DNA of 64,000 nt from an uncultured Oscillibacter sp. (GCA_947644365.1 CANRYZ010000001.1:64907-128906), one strand, 5' to 3'; shown: positions 48,829 to 58,885, numbered from the stretch's first letter. Notes: generated by a model from the letters alone, not told the origin. Numbers and translations: made by a program.

Positions 48829-48856
48829 TTTCTGTCGAAACCCTGGGAATCCCTCT
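48829..48856 (-). promoter_or_regulatory. Putative sigma-H promoter with overlapping Spo0A box
   Basis: AGAGGGATT-12-ACAGAAA loosely matches sigma-H; TGTCGAA at 48833-48839. Confidence 0.4.
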
Positions 48857-48975
48857 ATAAATTTCCACTTTTTTCATTTTCCGGGCGGTCTCCGCAGCCG
48901 CGGCCGATTCCGCCCCGGACATCTGACGGTCTCACGCGGGGCCCAGCCGGAATTCCGGCCGGGCCCCGGTACGCT

Positions 48976-51633
48976 TTATGCCCGCATGGCCTTGGCGGAC
49001 TCCTCCAGCTTGGCGATGAGCTCCTGGTATTTGGCGGCCTTCTCCCGCTCCACATTCACCACCGCCTCCGGGGCCCGGGAGACGAATTTCTCGTTGGAGA
49101 GCTTCTGCTCCACGATCCGCAGGCCGTTTTTGGCCTTTTCGATCTCCTTGTCGATGCGCGCCAGCTCCTCGGCCACGTCCACCAGTTCGCTGAGGGGCAG
49201 GTACACCGTGGCGTTGTGGGTCACCACCGTCACCTGACCGGCGGTGTCGGCGGGAGCCGTCTCCGCGAAGGTCACCCGGGAGGCGTAGGCCAGCCGCTGG
49301 ATGAAGTGCAGGCCCTGGGCGTAGACGTCCGGTGCGGCGGTCACCAGCAGGGCCTCCGCCTTCTTGCTGGGAGGCACGTTCATCTCTGCCCGGCGGGCCC
49401 GGATGGCCTTGATGGTGTCCATCACGGCCTCCATGGCGGCCTCCTCCGCCGGGAAACTCAGCTCCTCCCGGTACTCCGGCCACCGGGAGGTCATCAGGAA
49501 CCCGCCCTCACAGGCGGAGCCCGCTTGGCGGGGCAGGGCCTGGAAGATCTCCTCGGTGATGAAGGGCATGAAGGGGTGCAGCAGCTTCAAAAGCTCCACC
49601 AGCACGTAACACAGGACGTTCTGGGCCGTCAGGGCGGCTTTCTGGTCCTCCCCGTTGAGACGGGTCTTGGTGAGCTCGATATACCAGTCACAGTAGGTGT
49701 CCCACAGGAAGTCGTAGACCTTGGCGGAGGCCACGCCGATCTCGTAGCTGTCCAGGTTCTCCGTGACCTCTTTGACCAGGGTGTTCAGCTTGGAGAGAAC
49801 CCACTTGTCCTCCCGCTCCAGCATATCCGCCGCCGGGAGAGCGTAGGTCTCCAGGTCTCCCAGGTTCATCATGACGAAGCGGCTGGCGTTCCAGATCTTG
49901 TTGGCGAAGTTCCGCATGGCCTCGCACTTCTCGGTGTAGAAGCGCATATCGTTTCCGGGGCTGTTGCCGGTGATGAGGTTGAAGCGGAGGGCGTCGGCGC
50001 CGTACTTCTCCGCCACCTCCAGGGGGTCGATGCCGTTGCCCAGGGACTTGGACATCTTCCGTCCCTTGTCGTCCCGGACCAGGCCGTGAATGAGGACGGT
50101 GTGGAAGGGGATCTTCTTCATCTGCTCACAGCCGGAGAAGATCATCCGGGAGACCCAGAAAAAGATGATGTCGTACCCGGTCACCATGACGGAGGTGGGA
50201 TAGTAGAAGTCCAGGTCCTCCGTCTTCTCCGGCCAGCCCAGGGTGGAGAAGGGCCACAGGGCGGAGGAGAACCAGGTGTCCAGCACGTCGGGGTCCCGGG
50301 TCAGATGCTCAGAGCCGCACTTTTCGCACTTGGTGGGGTCCTGACGGCTGACGTTGATATGGCCGCAGTCGTCGCAGTACCAGGCGGGGATCTGATGGCC
50401 CCACCACAGCTGGCGGGAGATGCACCAGTCGTGGACGTTCTCCATCCAGTTGGTGTAGGTCTTGGCGAAGCGGTCGGGGACGAACTGGACCTCGCCCTCG
50501 TTGACCACCCGCAGGGCCTCCTTGGCCAGGGGCTCCATCTTCACGAACCACTGGGCGGAGATCAGGGGCTCCACGTCGTTGTGGCAGCGGTAGCAGGTGC
50601 CCACGTTGTGGCTGTAGGGCTCGGTCTTCACCAGATACCCCTGCTCCTCCAGGTCCTTCACAATAGCTTTCCGGCACTCATAGCGGTCCATCCCGTTGTA
50701 GGGCCCGCCGTTTTCATTGATGGTGCCGTCGTCCGCGATGCAGCGGATGGTCTCCAGGTTGTGGCGGAGGCCCACCTCGAAGTCGTTGGGGTCGTGGGCG
50801 GGGGTCATCTTCACCGCGCCGGTGCCGAAGCCGATCTCGCAGTATTCGTCCCCCACAATGGGGATCTCCCGGTTCATGATAGGCAGAATGCAGGTCTTGC
50901 CGATGAGGTGCTTGAACCGCTCGTCCTCCGGGTTCACAGCCACGCCGGTGTCGCCCATCATGGTCTCAGGCCGGGTGGTGGCCACAACCAGGTCCCCGGA
51001 GCCGTCGGAGAGGGGGTAGCGGATGTGCCAGAGGTGGCCGGGCTTGTCCTGGTACTCCACCTCGGCGTCGCTGAGGGCGGTGACGCAGTGGGGGCACCAG
51101 TTGATAATGCGGCTCCCCTTGTAGATAAGGCCCTTGTCGTAGAGCTCGCAGAAGGTCTCCCGGACGGCCTTGGATAGCCCAGCGTCCATGGTGAACCGGG
51201 ACCGGGACCAGTCGCAGGAGACGCCCATCTTCTTCTGCTGCTGAACGATGCGGTTTCCGTACTTCTCCTTCCACTTCCACACCCGCTGGAGGAACTTCTC
51301 CCGGCCCAGGTCATAGCGGCTCAGGCCCTCGTTGACCCGCAGGTCCTCCTCCACCTTCACCTGGGTGGAGATGCCCGCGTGGTCCACGCCGGGGACCCAG
51401 AGGGTGGCGTAGCCCTGCATCCGCTTGAAGCGGGTGAGAATGTCCTGGAGGGTGCAGTCCATGGCGTGGCCCATGTGGAGCTGGCCTGTGACGTTGGGGG
51501 GCGGCATGACGATGGAGAAGGGCTTCTTGGAGGGGTCCGGGTCGCCCTTGAAGCAGTCCCCCTTCTCCCACATCTCATAGATGCGCCCCTCCACCTGCTG
51601 GGGCTCGTACACTTTCGGCAGTTCTTTGTTCAT
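48976..51633 (-). CDS. valS: Valine--tRNA ligase
   Basis: PPPNVTG, HMGH, DWCISRQLWWGH, KMSKSLGN, C-terminal coiled coil. Confidence 0.98.
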   Translation of the reverse strand: MNKELPKVYEPQQVEGRIYEMWEKGDCFKGDPDPSKKPFSIVMPPPNVTGQLHMGHAMDCTLQDILTRFKRMQGYATLWVPGVDHAGISTQVKVEEDLRVNEGLSRYDLGREKFLQRVWKWKEKYGNRIVQQQKKMGVSCDWSRSRFTMDAGLSKAVRETFCELYDKGLIYKGSRIINWCPHCVTALSDAEVEYQDKPGHLWHIRYPLSDGSGDLVVATTRPETMMGDTGVAVNPEDERFKHLIGKTCILPIMNREIPIVGDEYCEIGFGTGAVKMTPAHDPNDFEVGLRHNLETIRCIADDGTINENGGPYNGMDRYECRKAIVKDLEEQGYLVKTEPYSHNVGTCYRCHNDVEPLISAQWFVKMEPLAKEALRVVNEGEVQFVPDRFAKTYTNWMENVHDWCISRQLWWGHQIPAWYCDDCGHINVSRQDPTKCEKCGSEHLTRDPDVLDTWFSSALWPFSTLGWPEKTEDLDFYYPTSVMVTGYDIIFFWVSRMIFSGCEQMKKIPFHTVLIHGLVRDDKGRKMSKSLGNGIDPLEVAEKYGADALRFNLITGNSPGNDMRFYTEKCEAMRNFANKIWNASRFVMMNLGDLETYALPAADMLEREDKWVLSKLNTLVKEVTENLDSYEIGVASAKVYDFLWDTYCDWYIELTKTRLNGEDQKAALTAQNVLCYVLVELLKLLHPFMPFITEEIFQALPRQAGSACEGGFLMTSRWPEYREELSFPAEEAAMEAVMDTIKAIRARRAEMNVPPSKKAEALLVTAAPDVYAQGLHFIQRLAYASRVTFAETAPADTAGQVTVVTHNATVYLPLSELVDVAEELARIDKEIEKAKNGLRIVEQKLSNEKFVSRAPEAVVNVEREKAAKYQELIAKLEESAKAMRA

Positions 51634-51666
51634 TGTCGTTCTCTCCTATTCTGTAAACTTACGTTC

Positions 51667-52191
51667 TTATTTGATATATGCAACAGGACTTCCGGTCTTT
51701 TCGGCGATAAATGCCCGGAATTCCTCAACCGTACCGCCGCTCAGGGCGGCTTTGTCATAAATCTGTCCATGCTGCCGGCTGAACAGGAACACAAAGTAAT
51801 CCGCCGTCTCGCATACCTGCCGGACCGTCTCATAGCGGAATTCCGTCACCGCGGCCTCTGTGGCCGAAGTATAGCCCTCCTCTGTAAAAACGCTCTTCGC
51901 AAGCGACGTGCCGGGCAGCATCTTCTTTTTCGCAAAGAACGCGTTGACCTGATCCTCGGTAAACAAGATTGCGATCAATATCACGCCGACGCCCAAATTC
52001 AGAGTGCTCTGAAACGTCCACGGCTCACCGAGCATCCTCTGCGCGGCAATCAGCAGAACAGCCAGCGCCACGACGCACCAGCCAAATACATGGCTCCTTC
52101 GGCTGCGCTTTTTCCGAATCGTCTTACGCAGTACCCGGGCCATGGCCGTCAATCCCTTTTGATTGTATTTCGTCTCAAAACGAAACTCCAT
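51667..52191 (-). CDS. YcxB-like two-TM protein
   Basis: Two TMs then a YcxB-like domain (F.Y..V..V.ET..YF.F); GAGGAGGGAG RBS. Confidence 0.75.
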   Translation of the reverse strand: MEFRFETKYNQKGLTAMARVLRKTIRKKRSRRSHVFGWCVVALAVLLIAAQRMLGEPWTFQSTLNLGVGVILIAILFTEDQVNAFFAKKKMLPGTSLAKSVFTEEGYTSATEAAVTEFRYETVRQVCETADYFVFLFSRQHGQIYDKAALSGGTVEEFRAFIAEKTGSPVAYIK

Positions 52192-52204
52192 CTCTCCCTC
52201 CTCA

Positions 52205-52465
52205 AAAGAAAAACGCCCTGAGCCTCTCGGCTCAGGGCGAACAAATCTGTCCGCGGTACCACCTGAATTCGCGCCTCTCCGGCGCGCGCTCACGGGCGCT
52301 CTCACGCCCTTCCCGGTAACGGGGGACACCGCCGCGGCTTACTCGACCTTCAGCCGCGGTGCTCCGGGACGACTTCTCCGGGGGCCTCCCGGGAGCTTGC
52401 ACCGTCCGCTCCCTCTCTTCGCTTCCGCCCGCCGGGTACTGCTTCCCTTCTCCGCAGTTTTATAT
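52205..52465 (-). promoter_or_regulatory. T-box riboswitch, Val-specific
   Basis: Specifier GAA-GUC (52371-52373), T-box AAUUCAGGUGGUACCGCG (52252-52269), terminator CGCCCUGAGCC..GGCUCAGGGCG-UUUUU; promoter TTGACA-17-TATACT at 52473-52501. Confidence 0.92.
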
Positions 52466-52508
52466 CTGCGTTAGTATAATATATCCGCTCCCAATTGTCA
52501 AGTACCGC

Positions 52509-52763
52509 TCACGCCTCAGGGTCGTTCAGCCAGTCCTCCACCACATCCCGGGCCGTGACAGGCGTGACGCCGCCCCGGGCCATCGCCGCCAGCAGCGCCT
52601 GGATCTGCCGTTGAGAGCTGGTGACGTCCGCCACGGTCTCCGTCTCCTCTCCAAAGCGCACCTGGAGGCCGTAACGCTCCACGCCCGCCGCCTCCTCCGC
52701 CACCAGATAATAGCATACCGCCCCTCCGCGGCACTCCGACCGGCCAAACCAAATCTTCCGCAC
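52509..52763 (-). CDS. DUF6514-like small protein
   Basis: YG..V...DVT......GGVTPVT.RDVVEDW pattern; GTG start after GAGG. Confidence 0.7.
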   Translation of the reverse strand: MRKIWFGRSECRGGAVCYYLVAEEAAGVERYGLQVRFGEETETVADVTSSQRQIQALLAAMARGGVTPVTARDVVEDWLNDPEA

Positions 52764-52792
52764 ACCAGGACCTCTCTTCACAATAAAAATCC

Positions 52793-52871
52793 GGCCCTGC
52801 TTGAAAGACGCGAAATACTCAGCGGTCAAAAAATCCGGTTCCGGGTATTTCGGCATTTTTCAAACAGGGCC
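52793..52871. repeat. 79-bp miniature inverted-repeat element (GGCCCTGYTTGAAA ends)
   Basis: 14-bp IRs with one mismatch; the 18-mer GGCCCTGTTTGAAAAATG recurs at 7177-7194. Confidence 0.55.
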
Positions 52872-52943
52872 ACCAATAAGTGTACCACCGCGGTTTGGCC
52901 GTTTTTGTCAAATTTTGTCGTCTCCCGGGAATCCCGGGAAATT

Positions 52944-53561
52944 TCATTGCGGGCGGTCCGCTTCTCCGCCGTCCTCCTGGAGCAGGTCCTCCAGCTCCTC
53001 ACGGCTGTAGAGGAGATTCAGCGCCTCCAAAAGGCCGTTGGCGGTCAGGTGCTCCGGCAGATTCAGGCGGCGCAGCAGGGCCTGCCGCCGGGCGGCGCTG
53101 TCCTTTCCGCCGCTGAGACCCAGCGCAAAGAGGTCCGCCTTGGTAAGGGGTTCGCCCCGGGAGGGCTCCTCCGCCCCTTCGTCCAAAAAGGTGGCCCCGG
53201 CCCGGCGGAGGGCCTCCAGCAGCACCTCCGGGCGCATACCCTCCACTCCCAGCTTGCCCTCTCTGCCGGGGCGGCGCTTGCGGCGCTCCTTGCCCTGGAC
53301 ATCCGGGATATAGGCCTGCTTGACCCGGTCCCCCGGCAGGGCACCCTTGAGGTAGTTCCGAATGACAAAGCCCGCGCCGTCGCTGTCCGTCAGGACAATC
53401 AGGCCCTGCTTCTCCGCCAGGCGGCGGAGAAAGGCCAGCTTCTCCCGGTCGTTGAATACGGAGAACCCCCCCAGGGTGATGATCGTCGCGTCCACCGTCT
53501 GGGCCAGGGTGTTCTTGTCGTACCGGCCCTCCACCACGATGACTTCCTTGATTTTTCTCAT
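52944..53561 (-). CDS. rnmV: Ribonuclease M5-like TOPRIM/DUF4093 protein
   Basis: IKEVIVVEGRYD, LTDSDGAG..IR, LGVEG; ATGA overlap with holA. Confidence 0.82.
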   Translation of the reverse strand: MRKIKEVIVVEGRYDKNTLAQTVDATIITLGGFSVFNDREKLAFLRRLAEKQGLIVLTDSDGAGFVIRNYLKGALPGDRVKQAYIPDVQGKERRKRRPGREGKLGVEGMRPEVLLEALRRAGATFLDEGAEEPSRGEPLTKADLFALGLSGGKDSAARRQALLRRLNLPEHLTANGLLEALNLLYSREELEDLLQEDGGEADRPQ

Positions 53562-54613
53562 TTCCGTGCCGCTCCCAGCCGCACCAGCAGGAGTTTCAGC
53601 TCTCCCGCCGGGTCGATGCCCTTCTCGCTCTTCATCCGGCGGTCCAGGGTCTGGCACATCTGCACCGCGCCGGCGCACCACTCCGCGCTGGCGCGCCGGG
53701 CGGCGGACAGCAGCAGCTTTGCCGGATAGTCCGACCGCATGTCCCACAGCTCCATAAGCCAGTATTTGTCCCGTCCGCTGTCGATGGCCAGCCGCGCGGT
53801 GTAGATCCGCCGCAGCTGGCTCCCCAGGGCCGCCAGGATCACAATGGGTTCCGTCTGCATCTTCAAAAGGTCCCCCAGAATAGCGGAGGCCCGGTCATAG
53901 TCCCCCTGGAGCACCGCGTCGGACAGGCGGAACACCTCCGCCGACAGCACCGGGTCCGCCACGGCGTCAATGTCCGCCCTGGTGATGGACTTCCCCTTGG
54001 CGTAGGCCCCGATCTTGGCGATCTCCGGCACCAGGCCTGTCATCAGCCCGCCGCAGGTGAAGATCAGGTACTCCGCCGTCTGGCGGTCGATCTCCTTTCC
54101 CAGCGCCCGGAAGCGGCGGGCGACCCAGGCCTCCAGGTCGCTTCCGCTGGCGGGGCGAAACTCCACCGCCTCCGCATGGCTGTCGATGGCCTTGCACAGC
54201 TTCTTCATCGTCTTGTTGGGCTTGTACTCCACCGTGTCGTACACAAACACGATGCAGCAGTAGGGCGGGATGTCCTCCAGCAGGGCGATGAGCCTGTCCC
54301 GCTGCTCTTCGTTGAGCTTGAAGATGTCAAAGTCCACCGCCACCAGCAGCGTCCGCTCCGCCATCATGGGCATGGCCTCCGCCATCTCCGTCAGGGCCTG
54401 AACATTTACGTCCTTCCCCTCCACCCGGTGGTAATTGAACTCCTCAAAGCCCGCGGGAATCAGCTTCTTCCGCAGGGCCTCCAGATAGTATTCCCGCAAA
54501 TAGCTCTCCTCGCCGTAGAAGATGTACGCCCCGCCCAGAGTCCCCCCGGAGAGGTCCCCCTTGAATTTTTGAAACGCCCCGCTGCCGCCGGACGGTTTTT
54601 TTCCATAGGCCAT
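53558..54613 (-). CDS. holA: DNA polymerase III delta subunit
   Basis: YIFYGEESYL, PMMAERTL, VFRLSDA; follows comEC. Confidence 0.92.
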   Translation of the reverse strand: MAYGKKPSGGSGAFQKFKGDLSGGTLGGAYIFYGEESYLREYYLEALRKKLIPAGFEEFNYHRVEGKDVNVQALTEMAEAMPMMAERTLLVAVDFDIFKLNEEQRDRLIALLEDIPPYCCIVFVYDTVEYKPNKTMKKLCKAIDSHAEAVEFRPASGSDLEAWVARRFRALGKEIDRQTAEYLIFTCGGLMTGLVPEIAKIGAYAKGKSITRADIDAVADPVLSAEVFRLSDAVLQGDYDRASAILGDLLKMQTEPIVILAALGSQLRRIYTARLAIDSGRDKYWLMELWDMRSDYPAKLLLSAARRASAEWCAGAVQMCQTLDRRMKSEKGIDPAGELKLLLVRLGAARK

Positions 54614-54615
54614 GG

Positions 54616-56859
54616 TCAACTCTCCCGATTCAATGATAGATGGACGTCCCCGTGGAGGTCCGTGCGGAAAACGGTACAGCCCTGCCGGGCCAGCCGCTCC
54701 AGCGCCTCCTCCGAGGGGTGCCCGTAGGAATTGCTCCCCACGCTGATACAGACCGTCTCCGGCCGCAGCGCCTCCAGCAGCTCCTCCGACGTGGAGTGCC
54801 TGGAGCCGTGGTGGCCGGCCACCAGAATCTCGATGTCCGGCAGGTCCCAGGCCGCCAGGAGCTTTTTCTCCGTGGCCCGGTCCATGTCGCCGGTGATGAG
54901 CAGATCCAGCTCCCCGGCGGAGGCCAGGACGGCCAGACCCTCCTCGTTGTCTCCGCCCTCCCCCACCGGGGGATAGACGGTCAGCCGGGCGCCGCCCAGG
55001 GAGAGCTCCCGGAGGTCCCGGGCAAGCCCGACGTCCGCCCCCTCCGCGGCGGAGAACACCGTCTCACGCAGTCCCACGCTGTCCGCGGCATCCGGCGCCA
55101 GCAGCGTCCCGATCTCCAGACGCTCCGCCAGGGCGGCGGCCCCGGAGACGTGGTCGCTGTCGTAGTGGGTCAGAATGAGATAGTCCAGCCGCCCGCAGCC
55201 CAGGGACAAGAGATGGTCCGCCGCGATGTCCCCGGCGCTGAGCCAGCGGTTCCCGCTGCCGCAGTCCACCAGGGCGAAGCGGCCCTGGGAGGCCAGCAGC
55301 ACACACTGGCCCTGTCCCACATCCAGGACGAATACATCCAGATCCGCCCGGCAGCGCCGCTGGCCCAGAGCTGCCGTCGCCGCCAATGCCAGCGCCGCCA
55401 GCAAGGCCGCGGCGGCATACTTCCAGCGGCTCTTCGGCCGGAGCGCATAGGCCAGGGCAAAGAGAACATAGGCGTAAATCAGCCAGTATTTCAAATAGGG
55501 ATTGGCATAGTACAGCGCGTGGTACGGAATGCCCGCCAGCAGGCGGGCCATGGCCAGGATATACTCCGCCAGCGCCCTGGGAACCAGGGCCAGGGCTGCC
55601 CCCAGGGGCATCCATAGAAAGCCCGCCGCCACGGACAGCAGCCCCAGCATAAACGTGAGCCCCGCCGCCCAGAGGCACAGCAGGCTGCTCAGGGGCGAAA
55701 CCAGCGCCAGGACGCCGAAGTACCGGGCGGTCAGCGGCGTGGTAAACACCAGCGCGCCCATGGTGGCGGAGAAGCTGGCGGCCAGCAGATGGAAGCCTCT
55801 TCCCCGCGGCCGCTCCCCCGCCAGCAGCTTCATCAGCTTCGGCGTCAGCCACAAAAGGCCCGCCACGGCGGCAAAGGACATCTGCAGGCTCACCGACGCA
55901 GCGGCGAAGGGATTGACCAGCAGGATCAGGAACAGCGCCGCGGCCAGAGCCGTGGGCGGGTCGCCGTCCCGCTCAAACAGCGGCGCGGCCATAAGAAACG
56001 CCAGCATGACACAGGCCCGCACCACCGAGGGGCTCGCTCCGGTGAGCAGGGCGTAAAACGCCAGCAGGGGCAGGGCAAGCGCCGCCGTAAGACGGCGCCG
56101 CCTCCCCGTCACCAGCGTCACAAGGGTCAGGAGAAACCCACAGTGCATCCCCGAGACCGCCATGATGTGGTACAGCCCCGCCTGGGACAGGGCGGCGGCG
56201 TCCCTCTGGGAGAGGCCGCTCTTGTCTCCGGTAAGGATGGCGGTGAGCAGTCCCGCCGCGCCGCTGGGATAGAGCGCCTGAATCCTCTCCGCCACGGCCC
56301 GGCCCAGCCGGGCGGGCCACCAGCGGGGCGAATCCATGGTCCCGGGGCCCCGGGACGCCTCTCCCCGCCCGTAGGCCAGGAGGAAGATCCCCTTGGAGGT
56401 AAAGCTGGTAACGTCCGTGTCCCGAATCTTGGCGGCGCTCTGAAACCGGACCCGGGCGCTCACCGTCTGCCCCGGCTCCAGCTCCAGCAGAGAGGCGTCT
56501 CCGTAGAACATCACGCCTCCAAAGGGGAGGCCCTCCAGCTTTACGGGCGCTCTCGCGCCGTAGTCCGTCTCCTCCGCGTAGCCGCGGAGGGTCATGACTG
56601 CTATGCCCTCCGTGCCCGCCAGGGCCTCCATGGGCCGCTGGACCTGCCGGACATACAGCCAGTTCCACCCCAGAGCCAGCGCCAGGGCGGCGCACACCGC
56701 CACGCTCCGGCGGCGGACCTCCCAGGGCAGCAGGAAGGACGCCCAGCCCAGTGCCAGGCATGCCAGCGCCCCGGGAAGGAGCCAGCTCTCCGGAAGAAGA
56801 TACTGCGCCAAAAAAATCCCAAGACAGAAGGCCCCGGCAAAGACCGCCAGTTTCCTCAT
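54616..56859 (-). CDS. comEC: DNA internalization competence protein ComEC/Rec2
   Basis: HIMAVSGMH, SVVRA, LDVGQG, THYDSDH, TGD, HHGS, NSYGHP, RTD motifs. Confidence 0.95.
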   Translation of the reverse strand: MRKLAVFAGAFCLGIFLAQYLLPESWLLPGALACLALGWASFLLPWEVRRRSVAVCAALALALGWNWLYVRQVQRPMEALAGTEGIAVMTLRGYAEETDYGARAPVKLEGLPFGGVMFYGDASLLELEPGQTVSARVRFQSAAKIRDTDVTSFTSKGIFLLAYGRGEASRGPGTMDSPRWWPARLGRAVAERIQALYPSGAAGLLTAILTGDKSGLSQRDAAALSQAGLYHIMAVSGMHCGFLLTLVTLVTGRRRRLTAALALPLLAFYALLTGASPSVVRACVMLAFLMAAPLFERDGDPPTALAAALFLILLVNPFAAASVSLQMSFAAVAGLLWLTPKLMKLLAGERPRGRGFHLLAASFSATMGALVFTTPLTARYFGVLALVSPLSSLLCLWAAGLTFMLGLLSVAAGFLWMPLGAALALVPRALAEYILAMARLLAGIPYHALYYANPYLKYWLIYAYVLFALAYALRPKSRWKYAAAALLAALALAATAALGQRRCRADLDVFVLDVGQGQCVLLASQGRFALVDCGSGNRWLSAGDIAADHLLSLGCGRLDYLILTHYDSDHVSGAAALAERLEIGTLLAPDAADSVGLRETVFSAAEGADVGLARDLRELSLGGARLTVYPPVGEGGDNEEGLAVLASAGELDLLITGDMDRATEKKLLAAWDLPDIEILVAGHHGSRHSTSEELLEALRPETVCISVGSNSYGHPSEEALERLARQGCTVFRTDLHGDVHLSLNRES

Positions 56860-57086
56860 CTCCTGCGGATGGGCGGATAGGGCGTCCGCTGGTCCGTGCG
56901 GCCCAGGAGGTAGTCGGTGCTGACCTTATAATAGTCCGCCAGCTTCACGATCACCCAGGCCGGCGTCTCCCGCTCACCGCTCTCATAGCGCCGGTATACG
57001 CTGCGGTGCATATTCAGGACATCCGCTATGTCCTTCTGCGTCTGGTCGCTATCCTCCCGCAGGTCCCGCATTCGTTTAATTTCCAT
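56856..57086 (-). CDS. XRE/Cro-C1 family HTH regulator
   Basis: RDLRED..TQ.DIA..L....YRRYESG...LADYY.VSTDYLLG; ATGA overlap with the comEC start. Confidence 0.9.
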   Translation of the reverse strand: MEIKRMRDLREDSDQTQKDIADVLNMHRSVYRRYESGERETPAWVIVKLADYYKVSTDYLLGRTDQRTPYPPIRRR

Positions 57087-57322
57087 AGTATCACCCGTGA
57101 AAATGCTACCAAACGGAGACATTTTCTCGAATGATTGTGCCCATGCGGAGCCTCAAAAATATCATACTACTAAAAATGAGAAAAAACCAGTCCTTATAGA
57201 AAAAGAACGGTGCCGGAGCGCCGCGGACATCATCAGCCGCTTGCAATCCGGCATCATCGAAGATATACTTGTCTTATCACACGGCTCACCAACGCCCTGC
57301 CGGGCAGAAAGCAGGTGCCCCC

Positions 57323-58663
57323 ATGACCCACTACGCGGAATTGCGCGCCGCCCTCCAATCCATGCGGGAGGGCATTCTGATGATCGACTCGGAGGCCAGG
57401 ATCGTATTCGCCAACCAATCCTATCTCGATTTCGTAAAAAAGACGGCGGACGAAATTCTGGGCCGTCCCCTGCGGGAGGTACGCCCAGGAGCCCGCCTGC
57501 CCGAGGTGCTTGTGACAGGGACGCCCATCCTCCACGCCCCCCGCACCGAGGAAAACGACGACATCTACTTTGTCAACATGTATCCCGTCCTTCTGGACGG
57601 CCAGGTGGCCGGCGGACTGTCGGTAGTCACCTTCATGCGGGACGCCTATGACTTCCGCACGGAGGTGGAGGCCTACGAAAAGCGGAACAAGCAGGTGCTC
57701 CGCCGGGTGAACAAGGCCAGCTCCACCCGGTACACCTTCGACTCCATTGTGGCCGTGGGAGAGAATGTGCGCGCCGTCAAATCCCTGGCCCAGCGGGCGG
57801 CGGCCACTGACGCGGCGGTGCTGCTGGCCTCGGAGAGCGGCACCGGCAAAGAGCTCTATGCCCAGGCCATCCACAACGCCAGTCCCCGCTCCCGGGAGGT
57901 GTTTGTGGCCATCAACTGCGCCAACTTCAACGCCAACACCCTGGAATCCGAGCTCTTCGGCTATGTGGAGGGCGCCTTCACCGGGGCCAAGCGGGGCGGC
58001 AAGATCGGCCTCTTTGAGGCCGCCAGCGGCGGCACCATCTTTCTCGACGAGGTCTCGGAGATGGACCTGGGGCTCCAGGCCAAGCTGCTGCGGGCCCTCC
58101 AGGAGGGCCGGGTGCGCCCCGTGGGCGGCGTGGAGGAGACGGAGGTAGACGTGCGCCTGGTCTGCGCCAGCAACGCCGACCTCCAGGCCTACATCTCCGC
58201 CGGGAAATTCCGTCGGGACCTGTACTACCGCCTCTCCACCTTCCAGATCCGTATCCCGCCCCTGCGGGAGCGGCGCGGAGACATCCCCGCCCTGGCCTAT
58301 GTCATTCTCCAGGAGCTGTCCAAGAAGCTCAAGCGCTCCGTGACCATCTCCCCGGAGGCCCTGGACATCCTCACCGCCCACGACTGGCCGGGCAACGTGC
58401 GGGAGCTGCGCAACGTTCTGGAGTTCTCCGCCTATCTCTCCGAGAACGGCGTCATCGTCCGGGACTCCCTGCCGGAGAGCCTGGTGCACCCTGCCGTGGA
58501 ACGGGAGAACATCCCCCTGGCCCAGCGGGTGCGGATGTTCGAACAGAGCGAGATCCACAAGCTGCTGCTGCGCTACGGCTCCACCCTGGAGGGAAAAAAG
58601 CGGGCCGCGGCAGAGCTGGGCGTCTCCCTGGCCACACTCTACAACAAGCTCGGCTCCAACTGA
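57323..58663 (+). CDS. sigma-54-dependent enhancer-binding protein (PAS-AAA+-Fis HTH)
   Basis: PAS N-terminus, [34 protein letters not shown]-terminal HTH; promoter TTGCAA-17-TATACT at 57241-57269. Confidence 0.95.
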   Translation: MTHYAELRAALQSMREGILMIDSEARIVFANQSYLDFVKKTADEILGRPLREVRPGARLPEVLVTGTPILHAPRTEENDDIYFVNMYPVLLDGQVAGGLSVVTFMRDAYDFRTEVEAYEKRNKQVLRRVNKASSTRYTFDSIVAVGENVRAVKSLAQRAAATDAAVLLASESGTGKELYAQAIHNASPRSREVFVAINCANFNANTLESELFGYVEGAFTGAKRGGKIGLFEAASGGTIFLDEVSEMDLGLQAKLLRALQEGRVRPVGGVEETEVDVRLVCASNADLQAYISAGKFRRDLYYRLSTFQIRIPPLRERRGDIPALAYVILQELSKKLKRSVTISPEALDILTAHDWPGNVRELRNVLEFSAYLSENGVIVRDSLPESLVHPAVERENIPLAQRVRMFEQSEIHKLLLRYGSTLEGKKRAAAELGVSLATLYNKLGSN

Positions 58664-58664
58664 G

Positions 58665-58772
58665 TTTTACATTTTTAGAATTTGATTCTAAAGTTTTAGA
58701 ACACAGGCGGTTTCAAGCGCTGGGGCACAAATCTTGATCCTTCCTCTTCTCTGAATTTCTAAGAATCTAGAA
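58665..58772. promoter_or_regulatory. Candidate upstream activator sequences TTCTA-N6-TAGAA (three copies)
   Basis: TTTTACATTTTTAGAA 58665-58680, TTCTAAAGTTTTAGAA 58686-58701, TTCTAAGAATCTAGAA 58757-58772. Confidence 0.6.
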
Positions 58773-58868
58773 TTTTTCGGCATTGCTCATTCCGGAAAGG
58801 CAACCTGCACAAGGCCTTCTCTCCTAGTCTCCCAGGCGTTTGGTTATTTTTTCAGTTTCCTCCCATCA

Positions 58869-58885
58869 TTGGCATATTTCTTGCT
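58869..58885 (+). promoter_or_regulatory. sigma-54 (-24/-12) promoter
   Basis: TTGGCATATTTCTTGCT, GG-N10-GC. Confidence 0.88.
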
